DNA of 64,000 nucleotides from Escherichia coli (GTDB lineage Bacteria; Pseudomonadota; Gammaproteobacteria; Enterobacterales; Enterobacteriaceae): NCBI RefSeq assembly GCF_001677475.2, contig NZ_CP015229.1; one strand, 5' to 3'. Shown piece by piece: positions 54,945 to 64,000 of this stretch (position 1 is its first letter; each line of letters starts with the position of its first letter). The notes under the pieces were generated by a model. It saw only the letters and a program-made list of their open reading frames with translations, ran no database searches and was not told where the DNA came from. The position numbers and the translations under genes were made by a program.

Positions 54945-56123
54945 ATGTTTACTAAACGTCACCGCATCACATTACTGTTCAATGCCAATAAAGCCTATGA
55001 CCGGCAGGTAGTAGAAGGCGTAGGAGAATATTTACAGGCGTCACAATCGGAATGGGATATTTTCATTGAAGAAGATTTCCGCGCCCGCATTGATAAAATC
55101 AAGGACTGGTTAGGAGATGGCGTCATTGCCGACTTCGACGACAAACAAATCGAGCAAGCGCTGGCTGATGTCGACGTCCCCATTGTTGGGGTTGGCGGCT
55201 CGTATCACCTTGCAGAAAGTTACCCACCCGTTCATTACATTGCCACCGATAACTATGCGCTGGTTGAAAGCGCATTTTTGCATTTAAAAGAGAAAGGTGT
55301 TAACCGCTTTGCATTTTATGGTCTTCCAGAATCAAGCGGCAAACGTTGGGCCACTGAACGCGAATATGCATTTCGCCAGCTTGTCGCCGAAGAAAAGTAT
55401 CGCGGAGTGGTTTATCAGGGGTTAGAAACCGCGCCAGAAAACTGGCAACACGCGCAAAATCGGCTGGCAGACTGGCTACAAACGCTGCCACCGCAAACCG
55501 GGATTATTGCCGTTACTGACGCCCGGGCGCGGCATATTCTGCAAGTATGTGAACATCTACATATTCCCGTACCGGAAAAATTATGTGTGATTGGCATCGA
55601 TAACGAAGAACTGACCCGCTATCTGTCGCGTGTCGCCCTTTCTTCGGTCGCTCAGGGCGCGCGGCAAATGGGCTATCAGGCGGCAAAACTGTTGCATCGA
55701 TTATTAGATAAAGAAGAAATGCCGCTACAGCGGATTTTGGTCCCACCAGTTCGCGTCATTGAACGGCGCTCAACAGATTATCGCTCGCTGACCGATCCCG
55801 CCGTTATTCAGGCCATGCATTACATTCGCAATCACGCCTGTAAAGGGATTAAAGTGGATCAGGTACTCGATGCGGTCGGGATCTCGCGCTCCAATCTTGA
55901 GAAGCGTTTTAAAGAAGAGGTGGGTGAAACCATCCATGCCATGATTCATGCCGAGAAGCTGGAGAAAGCGCGCAGTCTGCTGATTTCAACCACCTTGTCG
56001 ATCAATGAGATATCGCAAATGTGCGGTTATCCATCGCTGCAATATTTCTACTCTGTTTTTAAAAAAGCATATGACACGACGCCAAAAGAGTATCGCGATG
56101 TAAATAGCGAGGTCATGTTGTAG
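54945..56123 (+). CDS. xylR: xylose operon transcriptional activator (AraC family, periplasmic-binding-protein-like sensor domain)
   Basis: 392 aa with a C-terminal AraC-type HTH. Confidence 0.95.
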   Translation: MFTKRHRITLLFNANKAYDRQVVEGVGEYLQASQSEWDIFIEEDFRARIDKIKDWLGDGVIADFDDKQIEQALADVDVPIVGVGGSYHLAESYPPVHYIATDNYALVESAFLHLKEKGVNRFAFYGLPESSGKRWATEREYAFRQLVAEEKYRGVVYQGLETAPENWQHAQNRLADWLQTLPPQTGIIAVTDARARHILQVCEHLHIPVPEKLCVIGIDNEELTRYLSRVALSSVAQGARQMGYQAAKLLHRLLDKEEMPLQRILVPPVRVIERRSTDYRSLTDPAVIQAMHYIRNHACKGIKVDQVLDAVGISRSNLEKRFKEEVGETIHAMIHAEKLEKARSLLISTTLSINEISQMCGYPSLQYFYSVFKKAYDTTPKEYRDVNSEVML

Positions 56124-56135
56124 CGATGATGAGAA

Positions 56136-56305
<170 letters not shown>

Positions 56306-56318
56306 CAAGGAAATGCAA

Positions 56319-57143
56319 TTACATATGCGCCGCGATTAACCGTTGGTTATCCTGGTACATTGCGAACAGGTAGTTGTTATAACTCTTCCCTTTGGTCGAG
56401 TAGCCCTTCAGCTTGTGAATCATCGCTGTAGCAGTCACTTCCTGATCCGCTTTACGCAGCTGTGCACGCGATTTACGGAACGAAGAGTAAGCCGGGTGCG
56501 TATTCAGGTTAGTGACATAGGCGCTCACCGATTCTTTGACAGAACTAAACTGTGAGTACCCTTTCACTTTACCCGGCGCATTAGTACAACGTCCTTTCAT
56601 GCATTTCATGCCGAACAGGTTGTTGTTGTTGCGCGCCAGCTTCGACGTTCCCCAACCGCTTTCTGCTGCAGCCATCGTCGCCACCATACTAGTGGGGATA
56701 ATGTCTACGCGTTCAAGCAAGGTATTCCACGGGATTTTTCGCGTATTACCAGACCACTTCACCTTGTAGCGTTTGGCGATGTCTTTCAGACGCGCACGCT
56801 CAGCAGGTGACCATTGGCCCTGATACTGTTTTGAAATGAGCCAGTTACGTTCCGCAGTAATGGCCGCATTTTGGCTGGTAATGTAAGGCATTACGGTCCG
56901 GAGAAACGCTTTTTTCCTTGGTGTTCCGGAAGGGTATTTTCGCAAATCAGGAAGTGAACTACTCTTTGCACTATTGCGAGAATACTCTTGTTTACTGCTT
57001 ACCTGTTTATTACTAGCTTTAGTTAAGTGGGACTTTTGACTCGCTGTTGTTGTGTGCGTCTTCGCTAACACCTCACTCGAAAACACCAGAGTGAGTAACA
57101 TAAGAATCATCGCCCCATATCGTCGTATGGGAGTCAAAATCAT
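56319..57143 (-). CDS. bax: Bax protein (glucosaminidase-like domain)
   Basis: 274-aa ORF with signal peptide; position between xylR and malS. Confidence 0.9.
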   Translation of the reverse strand: MILTPIRRYGAMILMLLTLVFSSEVLAKTHTTTASQKSHLTKASNKQVSSKQEYSRNSAKSSSLPDLRKYPSGTPRKKAFLRTVMPYITSQNAAITAERNWLISKQYQGQWSPAERARLKDIAKRYKVKWSGNTRKIPWNTLLERVDIIPTSMVATMAAAESGWGTSKLARNNNNLFGMKCMKGRCTNAPGKVKGYSQFSSVKESVSAYVTNLNTHPAYSSFRKSRAQLRKADQEVTATAMIHKLKGYSTKGKSYNNYLFAMYQDNQRLIAAHM

Positions 57144-57370
57144 CAGGTCTCCTGGTCGGATTTAATCATTCCAACACCTTATATTTTTCACAAATTTGAG
57201 AGTTGAATCTCAAATCATATCAAAAATAGCTGTCAAGAGCACCCCAAGGAATAGTCCAAATCTGAAACTATGTCACGAGTTAACGATTCAGATTGGCGCT
57301 AAATCGCAGAAAATGTGGGGTTTATCGCAAAATTCAGCCGTTTTTTGCGCGCGATCGCTCCCCCTTGCTT

Positions 57371-57402
57371 CTCATCCTGTGGACTTACCGTTCAGGGATG
57401 AG
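57371..57402 (+). promoter_or_regulatory. candidate MalT boxes upstream of malS
   Basis: CTCATCC (reverse complement of GGATGAG) at 57371..57377 and GGGATGAG at 57395..57402, 60-90 bp upstream of the malS start; matches the GGA(T/G)GA MalT-box core. Confidence 0.45.
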
Positions 57403-57462
57403 TTTTGTCTGGCTTATCGCTGGCAAACTGTCTGAAATCGCAGCAATAAGGACTCATCCGCC

Positions 57463-59493
57463 ATGAAACTCGCCGCCTGTTTTCTGACACTCCTTCCTGG
57501 CTTTGCCGTTGCCGCCAGCTGGACTTCTCCGGGGTTCCCTGCCTTTAGCGAACAGGGAACGGGAACATTTGTCAGCCACGCGCAGTTGCCCAAAGGTACG
57601 CGTCCACTAACGCTAAATTTTGACCAACAGTGCTGGCAGCCTGCGGATGCGATAAAACTCAATCAGATGCTTTCCCTGCAACCTTGTAGCAACACGCCGC
57701 CTCAATGGCGATTGTTCAGGGACGGCGAATATACGCTGCAAATAGACACCCGCTCCGGTACGCCAACATTGATGATTTCCATCCAGAACGCCGCCGAACC
57801 GGTAGCAAGCCTGGTCCGTGAATGCCCGAAATGGGATGGATTACCGCTCACGCTGGATGTCAGCGCCACTTTTCCGGAGGGAGCCGCAATCCGGGATTAT
57901 TACAGCCAGCAAATTGCGATAGTGAAGAACGGTCAAATAACGTTACAACCCGCTGCCACCAGCAACGGTTTACTCCTGCTGGAACGGGCCGAAACTGACG
58001 CCCCTGCCCCTTTCGACTGGCATAACGCCACGGTTTACTTTGTGCTGACAGATCGTTTCGAAAACGGCGATCCCAGTAATGACCAGAGTTACGGACGTCA
58101 TAAAGACGGTATGGCAGAAATTGGCACTTTTCACGGCGGCGATTTACGCGGCCTGACCAACAAACTGGATTATCTCCAGCAGCTGGGCATCAATGCTTTA
58201 TGGATAAGCTCCCCATTTGAGCAAATTCACGGCTGGGTCGGCGGCGGTACAAAAGGTGATTTCCCGCATTATGCCTATCATGGTTATTACACACAGGACT
58301 GGACGAATCTTGATGCCAATATGGGCAACGAAGCCGATCTACGGACGCTGGTTGATAGCGCACATCAGCGCGGTATTCGTATTCTCTTTGATGTCGTGAT
58401 GAACCACACCGGCTATGCCACGCTGGCGGATATGCAGGAGTATCAGTTTGGCGCGTTATATCTTTCTGGTGACGAAGTGAAAAAAACGCTGGGTGAACGC
58501 TGGAGCGACTGGAAACCTGCCGCCGGGCAAACCTGGCATAGCTTTAACGATTACATTAATTTCAGCGACAAAACAGGCTGGGATAAATGGTGGGGAAAAA
58601 ACTGGATCAGAACCGATATCGGCGATTACGACAATCCTGGATTTGACGATCTCACTATGTCGCTGGCCTTTTTGCCGGATATCAAAACCGAATCAACGAC
58701 CGCTTCTGGTCTGCCGGTGTTCTATAAAAACAAAACGGATACCCACGCTAAAGTCATCGACGGCTTTACCCCTCGCGATTACTTAACCCACTGGTTAAGT
58801 CAGTGGGTCCGCGACTATGGGATTGATGGTTTTCGGGTCGATACCGCCAAACATGTTGAGTTGCCCGCCTGGCAGCAACTGAAAACCGAAGCCAGCGCCG
58901 CGCTTCGCGAATGGAAAAAAGCTAACTCCGACAAAGCATTAGATGACAAACCTTTCTGGATGACCGGTGAAGCCTGGGGCCACGGCGTGATGCAAAGTGA
59001 CTACTATCGCCACGGCTTCGATGCGATGATCAATTTCGATTATCAGGAGCAGGCGGCGAAAGCAGTCGATTGTTTTGCACAGATGGATACTACCTGGCAG
59101 CAAATGGCGGAGAAATTGCAGGGTTTCAACGTGTTGAGCTACCTATCGTCGCATGATACCCGCCTGTTCCGTGACGGGGGCGACAAAGCAGCAGAGTTAT
59201 TATTATTAGCGCCAGGCGCGGTACAAATCTTTTACGGTGATGAATCCTCGCGTCCGTTCGGTCCTACCGGTTCTGATCCGCTGCAAGGCACACGTTCAGA
59301 TATGAACTGGCAGGATGTTAGCGGTAAATCTGCCGCCAGCGTCGCACACTGGCAGAAAATCAGCCAGTTCCGCGCCCGTCATCCCGCAATTGGCGCGGGC
59401 AAACAAACGACACTTTCGCTGAAGCAGGGCTACGGCTTTGTTCGTGAGCATGGCGACGATAAAGTGCTGGTCGTCTGGGCAGGGCAACAGTAA
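57463..59493 (+). CDS. malS: periplasmic alpha-amylase
   Basis: 676-aa ORF with signal peptide and GH13 motifs (GFRVDTAKH, FDVVMNH). Confidence 0.95.
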   Translation: MKLAACFLTLLPGFAVAASWTSPGFPAFSEQGTGTFVSHAQLPKGTRPLTLNFDQQCWQPADAIKLNQMLSLQPCSNTPPQWRLFRDGEYTLQIDTRSGTPTLMISIQNAAEPVASLVRECPKWDGLPLTLDVSATFPEGAAIRDYYSQQIAIVKNGQITLQPAATSNGLLLLERAETDAPAPFDWHNATVYFVLTDRFENGDPSNDQSYGRHKDGMAEIGTFHGGDLRGLTNKLDYLQQLGINALWISSPFEQIHGWVGGGTKGDFPHYAYHGYYTQDWTNLDANMGNEADLRTLVDSAHQRGIRILFDVVMNHTGYATLADMQEYQFGALYLSGDEVKKTLGERWSDWKPAAGQTWHSFNDYINFSDKTGWDKWWGKNWIRTDIGDYDNPGFDDLTMSLAFLPDIKTESTTASGLPVFYKNKTDTHAKVIDGFTPRDYLTHWLSQWVRDYGIDGFRVDTAKHVELPAWQQLKTEASAALREWKKANSDKALDDKPFWMTGEAWGHGVMQSDYYRHGFDAMINFDYQEQAAKAVDCFAQMDTTWQQMAEKLQGFNVLSYLSSHDTRLFRDGGDKAAELLLLAPGAVQIFYGDESSRPFGPTGSDPLQGTRSDMNWQDVSGKSAASVAHWQKISQFRARHPAIGAGKQTTLSLKQGYGFVREHGDDKVLVVWAGQQ

Positions 59494-59670
59494 CTTTTCC
59501 GGCTTCCCGTTCGTCAGTACCTCGGGAAGCCGCCAACCAGGATAAAATGTCAGCCCTAATCAGCGTTGCAGGATAAAGTACCGCTCACCCTTCAACAGAC
59601 CGATTTGCACCCCAGCAAATGTAGCGTTATTGTTACCTTCCTTGCTACAGAGTTCGACAGATATCCCGCT

Positions 59671-60924
59671 ATGACATTCTCCCTTTTTGGTGACAAATTT
59701 ACCCGCCACTCCGGCATTACGCTGCTGATGGAAGATCTGAACGACGGTTTACGCACGCCCGGCGCGATTATGCTCGGCGGCGGTAATCCGGCGCAGATCC
59801 CGGAAATGCAGGACTACTTCCAGACGCTACTGACCGACATGCTGGAAAGTGGCAAAGCGACTGATGCACTGTGTAACTACGACGGTCCACAGGGGAAAAC
59901 GGAGCTACTCACACTGCTTGCCGGAATGCTGCGCGAGAAGTTGGGTTGGGATATCGAACCACAGAATATTGCACTAACAAACGGCAGCCAGAGCGCGTTT
60001 TTCTACTTATTTAATCTGTTTGCCGGACGCCGTGCCGATGGTCGGGTCAAAAAAGTGCTGTTTCCGCTGGCACCGGAATACATTGGCTACGCTGACGCCG
60101 GACTGGAAGAAGATCTGTTTGTCTCTGCGCGTCCGAATATTGAACTGCTGCCGGAAGGCCAGTTTAAATACCACGTCGATTTTGAGCATCTGCATATTGG
60201 CGAAGAAACCGGGATGATTTGCGTCTCCCGGCCGACGAATCCAACAGGCAATGTGATTACTGACGAAGAGTTGCTGAAGCTTGACGCGCTGGCGAATCAA
60301 CACGGCATTCCGCTGGTGATTGATAACGCTTATGGCGTCCCGTTCCCGGGTATCATCTTCAGCGAAGCGCGCCCGCTGTGGAATCCGAATATCGTGCTGT
60401 GCATGAGTCTTTCCAAGCTGGGTCTACCTGGCTCCCGCTGCGGCATTATCATCGCCAATGAAAAAATCATCACCGCCATCACCAATATGAACGGCATTAT
60501 CAGCCTGGCACCTGGCGGTATTGGTCCGGCGATGATGTGTGAAATGATTAAGCGTAACGATCTGCTGCGCCTGTCTGAAACAGTCATCAAACCGTTTTAC
60601 TACCAGCGTGTTCAGGAAACTATCGCCATCATTCGCCGCTATTTACCGGAAGATCGCTGCCTGATTCATAAACCGGAAGGAGCCATTTTCCTCTGGCTAT
60701 GGTTTAAGGATTTGCCCATTACGACCGAGCAGCTCTACCAGCGCCTGAAAGCTCGGGGCGTGCTGATGGTGCCGGGGCACAACTTCTTCCCAGGGCTGGA
60801 TAAACCGTGGCCACATACACATCAATGTATGCGCATGAACTACGTGCCGGAGCCGGATAAAATTGAGGCGGGTGTGAAGATTCTGGCAGAAGAGATAGAA
60901 AGAGCCTGGGCTGAAAGTCACTAA
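59671..60924 (+). CDS. avtA: valine--pyruvate aminotransferase (transaminase C)
   Basis: 417 aa from ATG verified at 59671 (MTFSLFGDKFTRHSGITLLMEDL); the track ORF has a 35-codon upstream extension. Confidence 0.93.
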   Translation: MTFSLFGDKFTRHSGITLLMEDLNDGLRTPGAIMLGGGNPAQIPEMQDYFQTLLTDMLESGKATDALCNYDGPQGKTELLTLLAGMLREKLGWDIEPQNIALTNGSQSAFFYLFNLFAGRRADGRVKKVLFPLAPEYIGYADAGLEEDLFVSARPNIELLPEGQFKYHVDFEHLHIGEETGMICVSRPTNPTGNVITDEELLKLDALANQHGIPLVIDNAYGVPFPGIIFSEARPLWNPNIVLCMSLSKLGLPGSRCGIIIANEKIITAITNMNGIISLAPGGIGPAMMCEMIKRNDLLRLSETVIKPFYYQRVQETIAIIRRYLPEDRCLIHKPEGAIFLWLWFKDLPITTEQLYQRLKARGVLMVPGHNFFPGLDKPWPHTHQCMRMNYVPEPDKIEAGVKILAEEIERAWAESH

Positions 60925-60927
60925 AAA

Positions 60928-61028
60928 TTGCCTGATGCGCTACGCTTATCAGGCCTACATGATTTCTGCAATATATTGAATTTGGTAGAATTTGTAGGCC
61001 GGATAAGGCGTTTTAGCCGCATCCGGCA
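60928..61028. repeat. REP/BIME element between avtA and ysaA
   Basis: TTGCCTGATGCGCTACGCTTATCAGGCCTAC and GTAGGCCGGATAAGGCGTTTTAGCCGCATCCGGCA in inverted orientation. Confidence 0.7.
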
Positions 61029-61075
61029 TAAACAAAGCGCACTATCCCTGCGTTGAGAAACGCCGGAAAAACGTT

Positions 61076-61549
61076 TCAAACAGGCTGCTGCCGTAGCCGA
61101 TGCCGCTGCACTTTCTCGACATCCATGCACTGCAATGCCTTTGTCGGGCAGGCTTCAACACAGGCCGGTCCCGTCTCCCGATGCCAGCACAGATCGCACT
61201 TAATCGCCCTCGCCTTTTTGCGCGAAGAAACGACCTCCATCGCACCAAACGGGCAAGCCAGCATACAGCTTTTACAGCCAATGCAACGTGTTTGTTCAAC
61301 GAAAATATGCCCATGTTCGCGGCTTATCGCGCCAACAGGGCAGACATTCGCGCACGGTGCATCTTCACACTGATGACAGGCTACCGCCGTGGTCCAGCAG
61401 TGGTCTTTAATGACACGAATACGGGAAATAAACTCGTCTGGTGACAACGCAGCGCAATCCTGATTCTCCTGATGCGACACTGCGCAAGCCACTTCACAGG
61501 TACGGCAACCGATACATTTCGTCGCATCCGCAATAATAAACCGGTTCAT
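61076..61549 (-). CDS. ysaA: 4Fe-4S ferredoxin-type protein YsaA
   Basis: 157 aa from ATG 61549 (MNRFIIADATKCIGCRTCEVACA); multiple CxxCxxCxxxCP clusters. Confidence 0.9.
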   Translation of the reverse strand: MNRFIIADATKCIGCRTCEVACAVSHQENQDCAALSPDEFISRIRVIKDHCWTTAVACHQCEDAPCANVCPVGAISREHGHIFVEQTRCIGCKSCMLACPFGAMEVVSSRKKARAIKCDLCWHRETGPACVEACPTKALQCMDVEKVQRHRLRQQPV

Positions 61550-61792
61550 GATCACTCCTTTGCACTAAAACAGCAGAGTGCCAGAGAGCGCGTCTCTACT
61601 GCTTTGATCCAACGAAGGAAATGTTAAAGTTTTGGCACTTGTCCAAAGCGTTATTTGATCGCGCCCTGGTCGTCCCTGACAGTAAATCCCAGTTCATTAG
61701 AAATAGCCTGCGCGGTTTCACGCAGTGGTTTCAGGAGATTTTTCTCCCCCACCTGTTTCAGACGTGATGTCGAAAGAGAAATCGACACGGCA

Positions 61793-62608
61793 CTACGAAT
61801 TGATATGTTCCTTGCTGTAACGCCGCTTCCACGCTGCTGGCGTTAAACCGGTGTGTTTGCGAAAAATCTGCCGGAAATAGCCAACGTCATTAAACCCGCA
61901 CAACGCCGCCACTTCCGTGAGCGATCGCGCTTCGCTAATTAACAGCTTTTCGGCTTCGCGCACCCGCTGGCGATGGATTGCTTCTGTTAACGTCAGATGA
62001 AACACCCGCCGGTAGACGCGCCCAAGATAATCGGCATTGCAGTACAGCTCGCGGGCCAGAAGCGCCGTAGAAAGCGGGCGATGATATTGCGTGCGGATCA
62101 GTTTCTGCGCTTTCCAGGCAAGGGTGGTGCCTGCGCCATCGGCCTGTTCATCAAGACGCGCGTCACGGGTGAGCTGCTGCAAAATGAGCAGCACAATAAA
62201 CTCCAGCGCCGGAGTGCGTTGATGCTTTTCCTGTTCGCTTAAGAACTGGCGAAACAGGGCCACCAGCGCCTGCGGATCGACAACCTTCGTTTGTTGCGGC
62301 ACGCTAAGATGAGTAAGCCAGCGAGGGTCGTTGTCCGGCGCTTTAACCTCAAAATGCAGCCAGTAAAATTTGAGATCGGCGGGAAAATCCTCCACCCCAA
62401 CATGTTGTCGGTTCGGCCAGAGTAATAAACTCTCTCCCGCATCGACCAGAAATATCCGTTCTTCTTCCTGAATCGTTAATCGACCTTTTTCGACAAAGAT
62501 AATTTCCCATGACTCCAGCCGCCTTGCAGGATGCCTCCCTACGCCACGGGAAATAAATAATCCACCATTTTGCACTTTAATCGGTAACGTCATGGATAAT
62601 TCGAGCAT
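61793..62608 (-). CDS. AraC/XylS-family transcriptional regulator (N-terminal cupin-like sensor, C-terminal HTH)
   Basis: 271-aa ORF; the C-terminus has the AraC-family HTH signature (...LTEVAALCGFNDVGYFRQIFRKHTGLTPAAWKRRY). Not the IclR-type yiaJ expected here in K-12. Confidence 0.8.
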   Translation of the reverse strand: MLELSMTLPIKVQNGGLFISRGVGRHPARRLESWEIIFVEKGRLTIQEEERIFLVDAGESLLLWPNRQHVGVEDFPADLKFYWLHFEVKAPDNDPRWLTHLSVPQQTKVVDPQALVALFRQFLSEQEKHQRTPALEFIVLLILQQLTRDARLDEQADGAGTTLAWKAQKLIRTQYHRPLSTALLARELYCNADYLGRVYRRVFHLTLTEAIHRQRVREAEKLLISEARSLTEVAALCGFNDVGYFRQIFRKHTGLTPAAWKRRYSKEHINS

Positions 62609-62833
62609 TGATATGTAATTTCCCGCTTATTCATTAATGATTAAACACATTACCTTTTGATTATTAATCAAAAATATTAATTTCACCTGATCCATTTCAC
62701 ACTTTTAAATTCAGGTCGGAATCGTCACCTTTTTTTACTCTTTTCTCGCCTTGTTGATATTCCCGTTCACGGCAGAATTAATCAGGTCATTTCAATAAAA
62801 CTAAAAATTGCTCCCTATTCACGAGGAATATCT
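62609..62833. promoter_or_regulatory. divergent promoter region between the AraC-family regulator and the GPH symporter
   Basis: 225-bp AT-rich intergenic region (ATTAATGATTAAACACATTACC...) between divergent genes. Confidence 0.4.
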
Positions 62834-64000
62834 ATGACCTCTACACCGATTACTACCGCTGATATCGCTAAAGGTAAAATTGACGATGCGTTATCTGTAC
62901 GGGAAAAAATAGGCTACGGCCTGGGTGACGCAGGCGGCACCGTAATAACTTGCCTGATCATGAATTTTCTCACCTTTTTCTACACCGACGTTTTTGGATT
63001 AACTCCGGCGCTGGTTGGCACGCTGTTTATTGCACTGCGCGTGTTTGATGCCATCTCCGACCCGGTGATGGGCGTCATTGCCGACCGGACGCAAAGTCGC
63101 TGGGGGCGCTTTCGCCCGTGGCAGCTATGGATTGCCATTCCCATCGGCATTATCGGCATCCTGACGTTCACCGTGCCAGATGCCAGCATGGGAGTAAAAA
63201 TCGCCTGGGCGTTCGGTACTTACCTGCTCCTTTCAGTCGGTTATACCGCCATCAACGTACCGTACTGCGCGCTGATCAACACCATGACCACCCGCCACAA
63301 TGAAGTGATCTCCTGCCAGTCCTGGCGATTCGTTCTCTGTGGCGTAGCGGGATTTCTGGTTTCGGTAGGCTTACCGTGGATGGTAGATCTCTTCGGTCAG
63401 GGTAATGCCGCGCGCGGCTATCAATTGGGCGTCGGCGTGCTGTGCGCCATTGCCGTGGTGATGTTCCTGTGCTGTTTTTTCTGGGTTCGTGAACGGGTGC
63501 CACTCTCCACAATGGGGAAATTTACCCTGCGCGAACATCTTGCCGGGCTGCGGAACAACGACCAACTGCTGCTGATGCTGGTCATGTCTTTCCTGCTGAT
63601 TAACGTCTTTAACATTCGCGGCGGTGGGTATATGTACTTCATTACCTACGTCTTACAAGGCAGTACGGGCTACACGTCGCTGTTCTTCACCATGGTCACC
63701 TTCGCCTCCATTATCGGCTCGGTGATTGTCAGCCCGTTAACGCGGCGTTTCGATACCGTCAAAATTTACTACTACACCAACCTGCTCCTCGCTGCGCTGG
63801 CGGTGTTGATGTGGTTCCTGCCCTCCGGCCCGGCTTATCAAACGCTGTGGCTGGCGGTGATCCTCGGTAATGGCGTAATTCTTGGCTTCACATTGCCACT
63901 GCACTTCTCATTGATGGCCTTTGCCGATGACTACGGCGAGTGGAAAACCCGCGTACGTTCTTCCGGCATGAACTTCGCCTTCAATCTGTTTTTCATCAAG
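62834..64000 (+). CDS. GPH-family (glycoside-pentoside-hexuronide) cation symporter, 5' part; gene continues beyond the window end
   Basis: Manual translation from ATG 62834 ([56 protein letters not shown]...) is open to position 64000, about 389 aa; N-terminal motifs resemble MelB/YicJ/UidB. Missing from the ORF track because no stop lies in the window. Confidence 0.8.
   Translation, partial: MTSTPITTADIAKGKIDDALSVREKIGYGLGDAGGTVITCLIMNFLTFFYTDVFGLTPALVGTLFIALRVFDAISDPVMGVIADRTQSRWGRFRPWQLWIAIPIGIIGILTFTVPDASMGVKIAWAFGTYLLLSVGYTAINVPYCALINTMTTRHNEVISCQSWRFVLCGVAGFLVSVGLPWMVDLFGQGNAARGYQLGVGVLCAIAVVMFLCCFFWVRERVPLSTMGKFTLREHLAGLRNNDQLLLMLVMSFLLINVFNIRGGGYMYFITYVLQGSTGYTSLFFTMVTFASIIGSVIVSPLTRRFDTVKIYYYTNLLLAALAVLMWFLPSGPAYQTLWLAVILGNGVILGFTLPLHFSLMAFADDYGEWKTRVRSSGMNFAFNLFFIK

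Noticed and set aside
59501-59531. Hairpin GGCTTCCCG..CGGGAAGCC downstream of malS as a terminator
   Set aside because: A good stem but no following T-run; cannot be called an intrinsic terminator with confidence.

Overview
This window reads as an Escherichia coli chromosomal segment collinear with the K-12 map from pdeK/bcs through dpp, proK, eptB, bisC, cspA, glyQS and xyl to malS-avtA-ysaA. All calls rest on reading the supplied translations and the sequence by eye against remembered protein families; no search was run. Almost all of it is well-characterised core genome: the complete cellulose cluster bcsRQABZC / bcsEFG, dppABCDF, tRNA-Pro (proK), eptB, yhjX, yhjY, tag, yiaC, bisC, yiaD, ghrB, yiaF, yiaG, cspA, glyQS, ysaB, wecH, yiaA, yiaB, xylAB / xylFGHR, bax, malS, avtA and ysaA. 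Relative to my memory of the K-12 reference there are five differences worth a second look: (1) an AT-rich five-gene chaperone-usher fimbrial operon (lpfABCDE-like) between eptB and yhjX; (2) two tandem copies (483-bp period) of an Ldr/Rdl-type type I toxin module between bcsG and yhjV; (3) a hokA locus with no IS element between hokA and glyS; (4) a duplicated 107-bp block carrying the proK terminator and the last 19 nt of the tRNA; (5) an AraC-family regulator divergent from a GPH-family sugar symporter after ysaA, where I expect yiaJ. Two genes run off the window edges and are missing from the ORF track: pdeK at the 5' end and the GPH symporter at the 3' end. I found no CRISPR array, integrase, transposase, or recognisable defence system. 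I do not see evidence for a genuinely undescribed system; the candidates above are strain-variable islands of known families.
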